Part shown: one piece after another, positions 25,753 to 35,037 of the stretch | Layout: each line of letters starts with the position of its first letter | Numbering within the stretch: position 1 is the stretch's first letter | Assembly: GCA_037444825.1 (NCBI GenBank) | Contig: JBBILR010000002.1 | Coordinates: forward strand, 27,984 to 91,983 | DNA length: 64,000 nucleotides | Direction of reading: 5' to 3' | DNA from: Acidobacteriota bacterium | Lineage (GTDB): Bacteria > Acidobacteriota > UBA4820 > DSQY01 | Made by a program: the position numbers and the translations under genes | The notes under the pieces: model-generated | The model's input: the letters and a program-made list of their open reading frames with translations, nothing else | Databases searched by the model: none | What the model was told of the DNA's origin: nothing

Positions 25753-26811
25753 TCAGAGAAAGGGAAAGGGGGACGGATGGGCTTCCGCGGCGCCCTCCGG
25801 GCCCTCCACCCTCACTTCGGCCTCCCCGTCGGAAGCCAGGGCCGGGGGGAGGTAGGCGAAGGCGCAGGTCCGTCCCAGGAGGGGGGAGAAGCGGGCGGTG
25901 GTGAGGCGGGCGGCCACCTTGCCGTTGAGCCGCACCGCGTCGCCGGGCTCGGCGGGACCGTTCACGAGAAGACCGGTCCGCACGCGGCGGAGGTTCCCGT
26001 AGGTCCGCACCCTCGCCACCACCTCCTGGCCCACGTAGCAGCCCTTGTCCCAGGAGAGGTGGTCGGGGAGGCGCGCCTCGGAGAAGAGGATCTCCTCGGT
26101 GAGGTCGGCGCCGAAGCGGGGGAGGCCCGCCTCCGTCCTGGCCGTCTCCAGCAGGTCCCAGCCGGCGGGGGTGGCCCCCTCGGCGCAGAGGGCGCGCCAG
26201 AGGGAGGGGGCCGCCTCCGGCGCGAGGAGAAGGTCGAAGCCGGGGCGGCCGGTCCGCGGGAGCTTCGCCACGCGAACGGGGCCCCCCCCGAAGGCCGCCT
26301 CGGCGTGGCCGTAGAGGGGGAGTCCTTCCCCGGAGGTCCCCAGGACGCCCCGGAGAATCTCCCCGGCCGCCGGCCCCTGCAAGGAGAGGTGGGCCAGGGT
26401 GTCCCCCCTCTGCTCCACCTCCACCCGGGAGGAGAGGCGGAACTTCCGAAGCCTCTCGGCGAGAGGGGTCTCCAGGCCCGGTTCCCCTTCCAGCAGGAAG
26501 CCTTCCTCGAGGGCGAGGATCCGAACCTCCGCCAGGATGCGGGAGCGGCGGTCCAGGAAGCAGGCGGGGCGGCCCTCGCCCTCCCGGAGGTCCAGGATCT
26601 TCTGGGTGACCAGGCCGTTCAGGAAGGACCCCCGGTCCGGGCCGGAGACGAGGAGCTTGGTATGGTCCGAAAGGTCCAGGAGGACCGCCCCCGTCTCGAG
26701 GGCGGCGTACTCCTCCTCGAAGGGGCCGAAGCCGGCCAGGCGCGGACGCCCGAAACGCGGCAGAAAGCGCCCGCCCCGGCTCTCGTGGAAGTGGCGGTCC
26801 AGAAGCGCCAT
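25753..26811 (-). CDS. ygfZ: folate-binding YgfZ/GcvT-like protein (Fe-S cluster repair/tRNA modification factor)
   Basis: 352 aa with the diagnostic KGCYxGQE motif (WDKGCYVGQEVVARV) near the C-terminus and a GcvT-like fold N-terminus. Confidence 0.8.
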   Translation of the reverse strand: MALLDRHFHESRGGRFLPRFGRPRLAGFGPFEEEYAALETGAVLLDLSDHTKLLVSGPDRGSFLNGLVTQKILDLREGEGRPACFLDRRSRILAEVRILALEEGFLLEGEPGLETPLAERLRKFRLSSRVEVEQRGDTLAHLSLQGPAAGEILRGVLGTSGEGLPLYGHAEAAFGGGPVRVAKLPRTGRPGFDLLLAPEAAPSLWRALCAEGATPAGWDLLETARTEAGLPRFGADLTEEILFSEARLPDHLSWDKGCYVGQEVVARVRTYGNLRRVRTGLLVNGPAEPGDAVRLNGKVAARLTTARFSPLLGRTCAFAYLPPALASDGEAEVRVEGPEGAAEAHPSPFPFL

Positions 26812-26887
26812 GGCCTCCTCTCCTCGTTTCCCCCGGAAGGGGGGGAGAGACGACCAACGCGCCGGAGGGGGGACTTCTTCCCCTCCC

Positions 26888-28123
26888 TCAGAGTTCCTCC
26901 ACCGTCTCGAGGATTCGGATCCTCCGCCGGGCCAGCTCCTCCAGAAAGGCCCGGTAGGTATCGCCGGCCACGGCGTCCTCCGGAGCCACGATGCCCTTCT
27001 CCCGGATGAGGCCCCTTCCGATGAAGACCGCGCCGATGGCCGCCGGAAAGCCCGTGACCCGACCCATGGCGGAGACGCCGCTCTCCTCGTCCGGCCCTTC
27101 CCACATGTGGTAGGAGATCCGCAGGGGCTTCCCGTTCTTGAGGCCCGTGACCGTGTTGTACATCACGCAGACGTCTCCCTCTCCGGGGCGCGGCTTCAGC
27201 CGGGGCTCGACGCAGGCCAGCAGCACCTCCCGGGGCACCACCTTCGTGCCCCCCACGTCCACCGGGTCGAGGTCCAAAAGGCCGCACTCCTTGAGGGTCT
27301 GCACCCCCTCCCAGTGGCCGGGCCACCGCACGGTCTTCTCGGCGAAGCGCCGTAAGAAAGGACGGGTGAAGATGAAGGAAGGCATGCCCGGCGTGACGGC
27401 GCACTCCAGCGTCTCGTCCACCCCGAAGCGGTCGAAATGGAAGGCCTCCCGCTGGGTGGCCGCCTCCACCTCCACCCGGCGCCCCTCCTCCAGGACGAAG
27501 AGCCGGACGCTGTACTCGCGCAGGACGTGGGAAAAGGCCCAGGTGATCATGTACCTCAGGGGGTGGCGGGCGGCGGCGGACTTCTCGGGGATCCCCCCCA
27601 CCCGGGCGATGACGTCGTGGGCCTCGTCCAGCTTCCGGATGGCCTCGCCGCAGGTGAGGTTGGAGAGGCCCGGGGCGAAGCCGATGCCGTCCAGGAAGGT
27701 CACGCCGTTCTTCAGCGCCGTCTCGTGCAGGTAGTCCCCGAAGGCGTAAAGGTCCATGCCTTCCGGCAGGCGGAGCCCCTCGATTTCGTAGAGGTCCGGC
27801 CTTAGGTGGTACTCCTCCAGCATGTCCACGTAGTGGACGCCGGCCTCCACCACGGCTTTGGCCAGGGCGTAGGAGGTCCTCCGGTCGGGGAGGGTGGAAA
27901 CGACCACGTCATAGTTCCCCACCAGCCGTTTGACGGAGGCCTCCTCGGTGACGTCCAGGGCGTGGAGGGCCACCTGGGTGCTGTCCAGCCACCGGTGGGT
28001 CTCGTCCAGGGCCTCCAGCCGCCGCCCCGCCAGGCCCACCCGCTCCACCTGCGGCTCCCGAACGAGGTCGTAGGCCACGGCCCGGCCCATCTTCCCGTTT
28101 CCGCCGAAGACCAGGATCTTCAT
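26888..28123 (-). CDS. saccharopine dehydrogenase family NAD(P)-dependent oxidoreductase
   Basis: N-terminal Rossmann MKILVFGGNGKMGRAVAYDL and saccharopine-DH family length (411 aa). Could equally be a carboxynorspermidine/homospermidine-type enzyme. Confidence 0.75.
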   Translation of the reverse strand: MKILVFGGNGKMGRAVAYDLVREPQVERVGLAGRRLEALDETHRWLDSTQVALHALDVTEEASVKRLVGNYDVVVSTLPDRRTSYALAKAVVEAGVHYVDMLEEYHLRPDLYEIEGLRLPEGMDLYAFGDYLHETALKNGVTFLDGIGFAPGLSNLTCGEAIRKLDEAHDVIARVGGIPEKSAAARHPLRYMITWAFSHVLREYSVRLFVLEEGRRVEVEAATQREAFHFDRFGVDETLECAVTPGMPSFIFTRPFLRRFAEKTVRWPGHWEGVQTLKECGLLDLDPVDVGGTKVVPREVLLACVEPRLKPRPGEGDVCVMYNTVTGLKNGKPLRISYHMWEGPDEESGVSAMGRVTGFPAAIGAVFIGRGLIREKGIVAPEDAVAGDTYRAFLEELARRRIRILETVEEL

Positions 28124-28169
28124 GGGGCACCCCCGCTCGTTACCCGCCTTGGGTTGGCCCCATTCTCGG

Positions 28170-28265
28170 CGGGGAAGGGGTGGGGGTCAAGGGGGAAAGG
28201 CGGAAGTCGGAAAGAGAAAGGCGGAAGGCGGAGGGAGGGGAGGGTGGGGGGGCGCGGGGCGGGGC
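28170..28265. other. ~95-nt almost pure polypurine tract with seven G4+ runs (GGGGAAGGGGTGGGGG...GGAGGGAGGGGAGGGTGGGGGGG)
   Basis: Seen directly. Lies between the start of the saccharopine-DH-like gene and the stop of the upstream secreted-protein gene; on the coding (minus) strand it is a C/T tract. Overlaps a long imperfect inverted repeat GCGGAGGGAGGGG...CCCCTCCCTCCGC (28238-28287). Confidence 0.5.
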
Positions 28266-28297
28266 CCCTCCCTCCGCGCCATGCTTCGAGGGGGGCC

Positions 28298-29467
28298 TCA
28301 CCCCCCCTTCGGGAAAGGATCCCCGAGAAAGGCGGACTGGCGGCGGGCGATCTTCACCCCTGGGCTGACGAACTCCTCCCCGTCGAAGTCCACGGACTTC
28401 ACCCGCACGAAAAAGGACCGGGCCTTCGGGAAGGGGGCGGGGAAGGTGACTTCGTACAGAGAGTGGTCGCCCCGGGGCTCCGTCTCGGTCTCCGGAACCT
28501 CCACGTAGGGGCCGCTCCGCCGCCGCGAAGCCTCCACGACGAACCGGGCGGTTCCCGATTCCACGTTGGTCCGCCAGCGGACCGTCACCAGGCCCCCTCG
28601 AAGGAAGGCTTCGGCCCCCGCGAAGACCCCCGCCGGGGTGGGGACGATGGCAAAGGAGCTGGCGGGACCGGTGAAAGCGGTCTCGTAGGCGCCGGAATCG
28701 AAAACCAGGGAGAGGCAGAGCCAGACGGCGTCCGCCCCCGGGGGGAGGGCCGAAACGGGGATGGCCGCCACGGCGCTCTGCGGGTCGGGGCCCGAGGAGA
28801 CGTCCACCTCCGCCGCGATGTTGGGCCAATAGGGAAGCTCTTGGGGCGGGGGGAGGGTTCCCTGGGCCCAGCGGACTCGGACGGCCGTCACCAAGTTCCC
28901 CGAAGGAGGCGAGTCGTAGACCCCCACGAGGTCGAGGGCGGGGGCCCAGGCCACGGGAACGTAGTAGTAGGTGCCGTCTGAGGTCACGTCCCCGTTGATC
29001 CCCGGGGCGGGGATGGGGGCGGGTTCCAGGACTCCGGAGAGGGTGTCGTCGAAGTCGAAGTCCCGGTAGGGCCCGGCCATGCCGCCCACCACCGATTGGA
29101 GGATATAGCCCTGCGGCGTGGAGGTCACCTGGGCGCACCGGGCGAGGGGGGGGATGGTGTTGTCCGGGCACCCCACCGTCTGCGGCTCGGTCCAGGTGGA
29201 GGAGATGAAGTAATCCCCACCCCCCAGGGGAGAAAACATGCCCGTGCCCAGGGTGCCGGAGTTGTAGAGGTCCCCCTGGCCCACGATCCAGTAGCGGGCG
29301 TCCACCTTCGAGGGGTAGGCCCCGCCGAGGTGCTGGGAACACTTCCCGCAGGCCCCGGAGTTCCGGACGTAGGTGGCTTTGGACGGGGGACAGACGGCCA
29401 GGCATAAAGCGCCGCCCCCGATCCAAGCCGCCAGCACCACCACGGCCCTTTTGGCGAACGTCCTCAT
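28298..29467 (-). CDS. hypothetical secreted (possibly lipo-)protein, 389 aa
   Basis: ATG at 29467 with a GAGGAGG RBS and signal peptide MRTFAKRAVVVLAAWIGGGALCLAVCPP. Cys-containing N-terminus, no recognisable catalytic motif. The ORF-track TTG at 29488 is a 7-codon extension. Confidence 0.6.
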   Translation of the reverse strand: MRTFAKRAVVVLAAWIGGGALCLAVCPPSKATYVRNSGACGKCSQHLGGAYPSKVDARYWIVGQGDLYNSGTLGTGMFSPLGGGDYFISSTWTEPQTVGCPDNTIPPLARCAQVTSTPQGYILQSVVGGMAGPYRDFDFDDTLSGVLEPAPIPAPGINGDVTSDGTYYYVPVAWAPALDLVGVYDSPPSGNLVTAVRVRWAQGTLPPPQELPYWPNIAAEVDVSSGPDPQSAVAAIPVSALPPGADAVWLCLSLVFDSGAYETAFTGPASSFAIVPTPAGVFAGAEAFLRGGLVTVRWRTNVESGTARFVVEASRRRSGPYVEVPETETEPRGDHSLYEVTFPAPFPKARSFFVRVKSVDFDGEEFVSPGVKIARRQSAFLGDPFPKGG

Positions 29468-29558
29468 GGAATCCTCCTCGATCCTCAAAACGAAGCCCGC
29501 CTTCCCCGAGCACCAAGGGTAAGGTCTTTGCCGCTTGGGCTTGTTTCCTGAGTAGGTA

Positions 29559-29586
29559 AATATACCCTTTCCCGCCCCGGTGTCAA
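29559..29586 (-). promoter_or_regulatory. near-consensus sigma-70 promoter TTGACA-N16-TATATT for the secreted-protein gene; the -35 overlaps the rdgB stop codon
   Basis: Minus strand: cTTGACAccggggcgggaaagggTATATTtacc. -35 = complement of 29581-29586, -10 = complement of 29559-29564. Predicted TSS ~29552, leader ~85 nt ending in GAGGAGG. Confidence 0.5.
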
Positions 29587-30209
29587 GGGGAAGTGGCGGG
29601 GCCGCCGGCCCACCGGCCTTCCAGGTGGCGCCTCAGGGCCCGGACGGCCTGGCCGCGGTGGCTGTACCGGTCCTTCTCTTCGGGGGAGACGCAGCCGAAG
29701 GTGGTCCCGGAGGGAGGGTGGTAGAAGAGGGGGTCGTAGCCGAAGCCTCCCGTCCCGGCGGGGGCTTCGGCGATGGTCCCCTCCACCCGGCCGGTGAAGA
29801 CCCGCTCTCCCCCGTCGGGCTCGAGGAGAACCACCACCGCCTCGTACCACGCCCGGCGCTCCTCCCCGCGAAGGCCCCGCATGCGCTCCAGAAGCAGGAG
29901 GTTTCGCTCCGCGTCGCTCCGCAGGCCGCCGTACCTCGCCGAGTGGACCCCCGGTTCCCCGTTCAATGCGGGGACGACGATCCCCGAATCCTCGGCGGCC
30001 ACGTACCCCCCCGGCAGAAGGGGGGCGTACCCCCGCGCCTTCAGCCGGGCGTTCTCCTCGAAGGTGGTCCCCGTCTCCTCCACCTCCGGCGGGTTCCCCA
30101 CGTCGGGGAGAAAGAGGAGGTCGAGGGGCAGGCCGTTCAGAATCTGCCGGATCTCGCGGGCTTTTCCGGCGTTGGAGGTGGCGAAGAGGAGGCGTGGGCG
30201 GTCAACCAT
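29583..30209 (-). CDS. rdgB: non-canonical purine NTP pyrophosphatase (dITP/XTP pyrophosphatase, Ham1/RdgB)
   Basis: 208 aa. LLFATSNAGKAREI, FEENARLKA and GxGGFGYDPLF motifs. Confidence 0.88.
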   Translation of the reverse strand: MVDRPRLLFATSNAGKAREIRQILNGLPLDLLFLPDVGNPPEVEETGTTFEENARLKARGYAPLLPGGYVAAEDSGIVVPALNGEPGVHSARYGGLRSDAERNLLLLERMRGLRGEERRAWYEAVVVLLEPDGGERVFTGRVEGTIAEAPAGTGGFGYDPLFYHPPSGTTFGCVSPEEKDRYSHRGQAVRALRRHLEGRWAGGPATSP

Positions 30210-30233
30210 GGTGGACCCTCCGGAAGGGGGTTT

Positions 30234-31493
30234 TTATTCGGCGAACCGCTCCACGCGGCCGCCCAGGGCGCGAAGCCGCTCTTCCAGCCTCTCGTACCCC
30301 CGGTCCAGGTGGTAGATCCGGCGGACGCGGGTGGTCCCTTCGGCGGCGAGGCCGGCGAGGACGAGGGAGGCCGAGGCCCTCAGGTCGCTGGCCATGACGG
30401 GGGCCCCGGAAAGCCGCACGGGGCCCTTCACCACGGCCACCCGGCCTTCGATCTGGATCTTCGCCCCCATGCGCGTCAGCTCGGGGACGTGCATGAAGCG
30501 GTTTTCGAAGATCGTCTCCCGGACGGTGGAGGTTCCCCGGGCCTGGGTGAGCAGGGCGAGGAACTGGGCCTGGAGGTCGGTGGGAAAGCCGGGGTAGGGG
30601 AGGGTGACGACGTCCGCGGCTCGGAGGGGATCCGGGGCGGCCACCCGGATCCGGTCCGGGCCCGTCTCCACCCGGGCCCCCATCTCCCGGAGCTTCACGA
30701 GGAGCGCCTCCAGGTGCTCGGGGACCACGGGGGCGCAGGTGACGTCCCCCCCGGTGATGGCGCCGGCGAGGAGCAGGGTCCCGGCGACGATGCGGTCGGG
30801 GATGCAGCGGTGGACGGCGCCGTGGAGGCACGGGACGCCCTCGACGCGGAGCGTGTCGGTCCCCGCCCCCTCGATGCGGGCCCCCATGGCGAGGAGGAGG
30901 CGGCAGAGGTCTCCGACCTCCGGCTCCCGGGCGGCGTTGCGGATCACCGTCGTCCCCTGAGCCAGCACCGCCGCCATGAGCAGGTTTTCGGTGCCGCCGA
31001 CGGTGACCTTGTCGAAGACCACCTCGGCACCCGTAAGCCGCGGCGCCGCGGCCTCGACGTACCCGTGCTCCACGCGGATCTCCGCCCCCAGAGCCGCCAG
31101 GGCCTTCAGGTGGAGGTCCACGGGCCTGGCCCCGATGGCGCAGCCCCCCGGCAGGGAAACGCGGCCCCGTTTGAAGCGGGCCACCATGGGCCCCAGCACG
31201 AGGATGCTGGCCCGCATCTTGCGGACCAGGTCGTAGGGGGCCTCCAGGTGGCCGCCCCCGTTGGTGGTCCGCAGGGTCAGCGAGCCGTCCCGGTTCCGCC
31301 CGGCCTCCACCCCCAGATGGCCGAGAACCTCCAGCATAGTGGAGATGTCGGCGTGGGAGGAGGGGGCCTCGAAGGTCAGCGGCTCCGACGTGAGGAGCGC
31401 CGCCGCCAGGCAGGGGAGCTGGGCGTTCTTGGCCGTCTCCACGGCGGCCGTCCCCTGGAGGGGGAGGCCGCCCTCGATCCGAAAGGCATCCAT
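30234..31493 (-). CDS. murA: UDP-N-acetylglucosamine 1-carboxyvinyltransferase
   Basis: 419 aa, full-length EPSP-synthase fold. Catalytic Cys region LPGGCAIGARPVDLH; C-terminal MASDLRASASLVLAGLAAEGTT. Confidence 0.93.
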   Translation of the reverse strand: MDAFRIEGGLPLQGTAAVETAKNAQLPCLAAALLTSEPLTFEAPSSHADISTMLEVLGHLGVEAGRNRDGSLTLRTTNGGGHLEAPYDLVRKMRASILVLGPMVARFKRGRVSLPGGCAIGARPVDLHLKALAALGAEIRVEHGYVEAAAPRLTGAEVVFDKVTVGGTENLLMAAVLAQGTTVIRNAAREPEVGDLCRLLLAMGARIEGAGTDTLRVEGVPCLHGAVHRCIPDRIVAGTLLLAGAITGGDVTCAPVVPEHLEALLVKLREMGARVETGPDRIRVAAPDPLRAADVVTLPYPGFPTDLQAQFLALLTQARGTSTVRETIFENRFMHVPELTRMGAKIQIEGRVAVVKGPVRLSGAPVMASDLRASASLVLAGLAAEGTTRVRRIYHLDRGYERLEERLRALGGRVERFAE

Positions 31494-31526
31494 GTCACGC
31501 CTCGAAGAGGGCCCTTTCCCGCCCGA

Positions 31527-32636
31527 TCACGGGGTACTTTCCGAGGGAGGGCAGGGTGCGTCGGCCTCCGGCTGGAGTTCCTTGATGCGGGGAAAGATGT
31601 CGGTGCGGTACACCCGGAAGACCTCCAGGGCCACGGCGAAGAAGAGGGGCCCCACCAGGATCCCCAAAAAACCCATGCTGGCCAGCCCCCCCAGCACCCC
31701 CAGGAGGATCACGAGAAGCGGGAGCTTGGAGTGGCTGGAGATGAAGTAGGGCCGGATCACGTTGTCGATGGAAGAAACCACGGCGGCGCTCCACAGGAGG
31801 AGGAAGACCGCCCTGCCGGTGTGGCCGGCGGCGAAGAGGTAGAGCACCCCCGGCACCCAGACCAGCGCCGTCCCCACCACGGGGATGAAGGCGAAGACCA
31901 CCATCACGGCCCCGAAGAAGACGGGGGAGGGCAGGCCCACCAGGGCGAACCCCACCCCCCCGAGGGCCCCCTGGACGACGCAGGTGAGGATGATCCCGTA
32001 GAGAACCGCGTGGACCACGCGGCGAACCGCCGAGGCGATGAGCTCCTTGTCGCACCGCTTCAGGGGGACGACGTCCCAGAAGGCCTGGGCGATCCTCTCC
32101 CCGTCCCGGAAGGCGAAAAAGAGCACCGCCACCATGACGAAGAACTTGAGCAGGGCCGCAAAGAGGTTTTTGAAGGCCGCCTTGGAGAGGGTGATGGCCA
32201 CCGTGCTGACGGTCTTCATGGCCGCCAGGGCGAGCGGCTTGAGGTCCAAGTCCTTCACGTAGGGTTGGGCCCAGGCCAGAAAGCTCTGGACCCGTGGGTT
32301 GGCCAGGGCCGCGTCGACGCCGGGGATCTCTCCCGTGGAGGCGTACCCCTCCAGGGCGATCACCACCTGCGTCGCCTCGCCGGCGAAGAGGACCGCGAGG
32401 ACCAGCAGGGGGAGGACGAGGACCAGGACCACCACCGCCGTCGAAAGGAAGGCCGACACGTTCTCCCGCCCCTTGCACCATTGGAGGAATTTCTTGTGGA
32501 GCGGGCGGGCCGCCAGCGCCAGGACCCCCGCCCAGGCCAGCGACGAGAGAAAGGGCTTGACGAGGATCACCGCCAGCGCCGCCATGGCGAGAAAACCGAC
32601 GAAGTACAGGAGGGTCAGGAAGAGTTCCTTGTTCAT
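31527..32636 (-). CDS. AI-2E family transporter (PerM/YdiK-like, UPF0118)
   Basis: 369 aa, ~8 TM helices, with the family-typical IxFAFIPVVG...SIDNVIRP motifs. TATACT -10-like box ~18 nt upstream. Confidence 0.82.
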   Translation of the reverse strand: MNKELFLTLLYFVGFLAMAALAVILVKPFLSSLAWAGVLALAARPLHKKFLQWCKGRENVSAFLSTAVVVLVLVLPLLVLAVLFAGEATQVVIALEGYASTGEIPGVDAALANPRVQSFLAWAQPYVKDLDLKPLALAAMKTVSTVAITLSKAAFKNLFAALLKFFVMVAVLFFAFRDGERIAQAFWDVVPLKRCDKELIASAVRRVVHAVLYGIILTCVVQGALGGVGFALVGLPSPVFFGAVMVVFAFIPVVGTALVWVPGVLYLFAAGHTGRAVFLLLWSAAVVSSIDNVIRPYFISSHSKLPLLVILLGVLGGLASMGFLGILVGPLFFAVALEVFRVYRTDIFPRIKELQPEADAPCPPSESTP

Positions 32637-32754
32637 CGCCGCTCCATCGTAACGGAGTATAGACCACCCGGCGGCGGGAAGGCGGAAAAAGAAGAGACGC
32701 GGGGCGCGGCTTGGGGGCCGGACGGCCGGTTCGGCGCCGGCCGTTCAGGCGCGC

Positions 32755-33102
32755 TCACTCCTTGCCGAGGCCGAAGAGGCTGCGGAAGAACCCCCGGCGG
32801 ACCTCCGACTGCTTGCCCACGAGGAGTTGCTCCAGCTCCCCCCTGTCGAAGTAGATCCCCTCGCAGAGGGTGCAGACGTCCACCTTGACGCCCTCGAGGT
32901 CCTTCTCCGCCATGGAATGGCCGCACTTTGGGCAATGCAGGTAGTGAAGGTCCCTCAGGCGCCTGCGCTCCTCCTCGGCCTCCCGGGCCTGGGCCTCGGC
33001 GATGCGGGCCTCGCGCTTCTTCCGCATCTCCTCGAGGAGCTGGCGTTCCCGTTCGAAAAAGTACTGCTCTTCCTTCTTCTTGGCCTCGTCGCTCAGAGCC
33101 AT
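32755..33102 (-). CDS. small zinc-ribbon protein with N-terminal coiled coil
   Basis: 115 aa. CPKCG...CTLCEGIYFDRGELEQL (C4 ribbon). Lys/Glu-rich helix, unlike high-GC noise ORFs. Confidence 0.55.
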   Translation of the reverse strand: MALSDEAKKKEEQYFFERERQLLEEMRKKREARIAEAQAREAEEERRRLRDLHYLHCPKCGHSMAEKDLEGVKVDVCTLCEGIYFDRGELEQLLVGKQSEVRRGFFRSLFGLGKE

Positions 33103-33214
33103 GGCTCCCTCCTGAGGGCGGAATTGTACAAGAAAAGCTGCGCGGTTCCCAGGCGCGCTTGCGGAGGGGGGAGACGCAAGGGTACCCTGGAACGGGGACT
33201 TGAAGGGGGAATTC

Positions 33215-34282
33215 ATGCCCGGAAAGCGAATGTTGCGGGGGGCCATTCTTGCCGCGGGGCTGCTTCTCGGCCTGGCGCCCTTCGCGGCCCCGCCCGGAAA
33301 GGATCGGCCCCTCTACGACGCCGCCGCCTACGGGCGGGGCCGGCAAGCCCTGGCCCATGGGGAGGTGGCGGCGGCGGCGGCGGTCTTTTGTTCCATGCTC
33401 CCGCCGGAGGGGGACGGGAACCTCTACACCCTGAGCGTGGTGCTGCTGTGCCGCCCGGAAAACGTCCCCGGGGAGGCCGCCCGGCTGTCGGGCCTGGAGC
33501 CGGTCTTCGTGGAGGCGGTGGAGTACCGCGGCCAGACCTGCTACCGGCTCTGCGCGGGCCTCTCCCGGACGCGGGAAGGGCTGGCCGCCCTGCGGCGGCG
33601 GCTTCCGGAGGAGGTCCAAGCCCATCATCCCTTCGTGGTGGCCCTCCAGAGGCCCTGCGCCAGGGAGGCTTCCGCGCCGCCGGAGGTTCCCCCCGCCCCG
33701 TCGCCTCCGGAGACCCCGGCGGCGGCGGAGGTCCCCCCCGAGTCCTCTTCCTCCGTCCCTTCCCCGGTTCCGCCGCCCCCGCCGCCGGCGGCCCCCGAGC
33801 TTCGCCGCCCGGGAGAGAAGGAGGCGGAGACCTGGTTCCAGAAGGGCGTGGCGGCCTACACCCAGGGCCGACGGCAGGAGGCCGAGTCCTGCTACCGGGA
33901 GGCATTGCGGGCGGACCCCGGAAAGCCGGAGGTCCTCAACAACCTGGGGGTCCTGCGGTTGGAGGAGAAGCGGTACGAGGAGGCCCGGGACCTCTTCCGG
34001 CGGGCCCTGGAGCGGGCCCCGCGTTACGCCCGGGCCCGGCTCAACCTGGCGGGGGCGCAGTGGGCCCTGGGGGAGCGGGACGGCGCGGTGGAGGAGGCTC
34101 TGCGGGCCTCGGAGCTGGACCCCGGGGACGTGGCCGCCCACCTGACCCTCGCCTCCTTTTACCTCGCCCTCGGCAAAAAGGTGGAAGCCCGGGCGGAGGC
34201 CCAGCGGGTCCTGGCCCTGGACCCGGCCAACGAGCAGGCCCAGGTCTTCGTCGCGGCGGCCGGGATGGAGGAGACCCGGTGA
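33215..34282 (+). CDS. secreted SPOR-domain + TPR-repeat protein
   Basis: Signal peptide, SPOR-like segment (LYTLSVVLLCRPENVPGEAARLSG...VEYRGQTCYRLCAGLS), Pro-rich linker, then 4-5 TPR repeats (WFQKGVAAY...ALRADPG...NNLG). Stop overlaps the ABC ATPase GTG start. Confidence 0.7.
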   Translation: MPGKRMLRGAILAAGLLLGLAPFAAPPGKDRPLYDAAAYGRGRQALAHGEVAAAAAVFCSMLPPEGDGNLYTLSVVLLCRPENVPGEAARLSGLEPVFVEAVEYRGQTCYRLCAGLSRTREGLAALRRRLPEEVQAHHPFVVALQRPCAREASAPPEVPPAPSPPETPAAAEVPPESSSSVPSPVPPPPPPAAPELRRPGEKEAETWFQKGVAAYTQGRRQEAESCYREALRADPGKPEVLNNLGVLRLEEKRYEEARDLFRRALERAPRYARARLNLAGAQWALGERDGAVEEALRASELDPGDVAAHLTLASFYLALGKKVEARAEAQRVLALDPANEQAQVFVAAAGMEETR

Positions 34283-35037
34283 CCCGGGAGCCGCGGCGTG
34301 GCGCGGCGCTGGAGGTGCGGGACCTTCGCTTCACCTACCCCGCCCTCTGGGGCCCCTTGGCCTGGCTGGCCCGCGGACCCTCCCGGCCCCTTCCGGTCCT
34401 TGAGGGGGTCTCCTTCTCGCTGGCACCGGGGGAGCACGTCTGCCTCCTGGGGAGGAACGGCGCCGGGAAAACCACCCTCTTCAAGGCCATCCAGGGCTTT
34501 CTGGATCCTTCGGGCGGGGAGATCCGCCTGGAGGGCCGCCCGGCGGGACGAGAGGAACACCGGCGATCCGGCTTCGCCGCCGCGGACGAGCGCTCCTTCT
34601 ACCACCGCCTCACCGTCCTCGAGAACCTGGAGTTCTTCGGCGGCCTCTGGGGCCTCTCGGCCCGGGAGGCCCGGGAGAGGGCCCGGGAAACGTCGGAAAG
34701 CCTGGGCCTCGCCCCCCTCCTCCACCGTCCCTTCTCGGACCTCTCCACGGGCTGGCGCCAGAGGGCGGCCCTGGCCCGGGCCCTGCTCCACCGGCCGGGC
34801 CTCCTGCTCCTGGACGAACCCACGCGCAGCCTGGACGCCCCCGCGGCGGCCCGCTTCCGTGCCCTCCTTCGCGAAGAGCCCTTGCGAGGGGTCACGGTGC
34901 TCTTCTCCACCCACAACCTGGAGGAGGCCCGGGAGGTGGGAAGCCGCTGCCTGGTCCTGGCCGGCGGAAGGGTGGTTCTGGACGGACCGCCCCCGTCCAC
35001 GGAGGGCCTTGCGGCCCTCCTGGAGGCCTCGCCGTGA
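34279..35037 (+). CDS. ABC transporter ATP-binding protein
   Basis: Walker A GRNGAGKTT, signature LSTGWRQR, Walker B LLLLDEP and H-loop STHN. GTG start overlapping the upstream stop. Confidence 0.85.
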   Translation: MTREPRRGAALEVRDLRFTYPALWGPLAWLARGPSRPLPVLEGVSFSLAPGEHVCLLGRNGAGKTTLFKAIQGFLDPSGGEIRLEGRPAGREEHRRSGFAAADERSFYHRLTVLENLEFFGGLWGLSAREARERARETSESLGLAPLLHRPFSDLSTGWRQRAALARALLHRPGLLLLDEPTRSLDAPAAARFRALLREEPLRGVTVLFSTHNLEEAREVGSRCLVLAGGRVVLDGPPPSTEGLAALLEASP

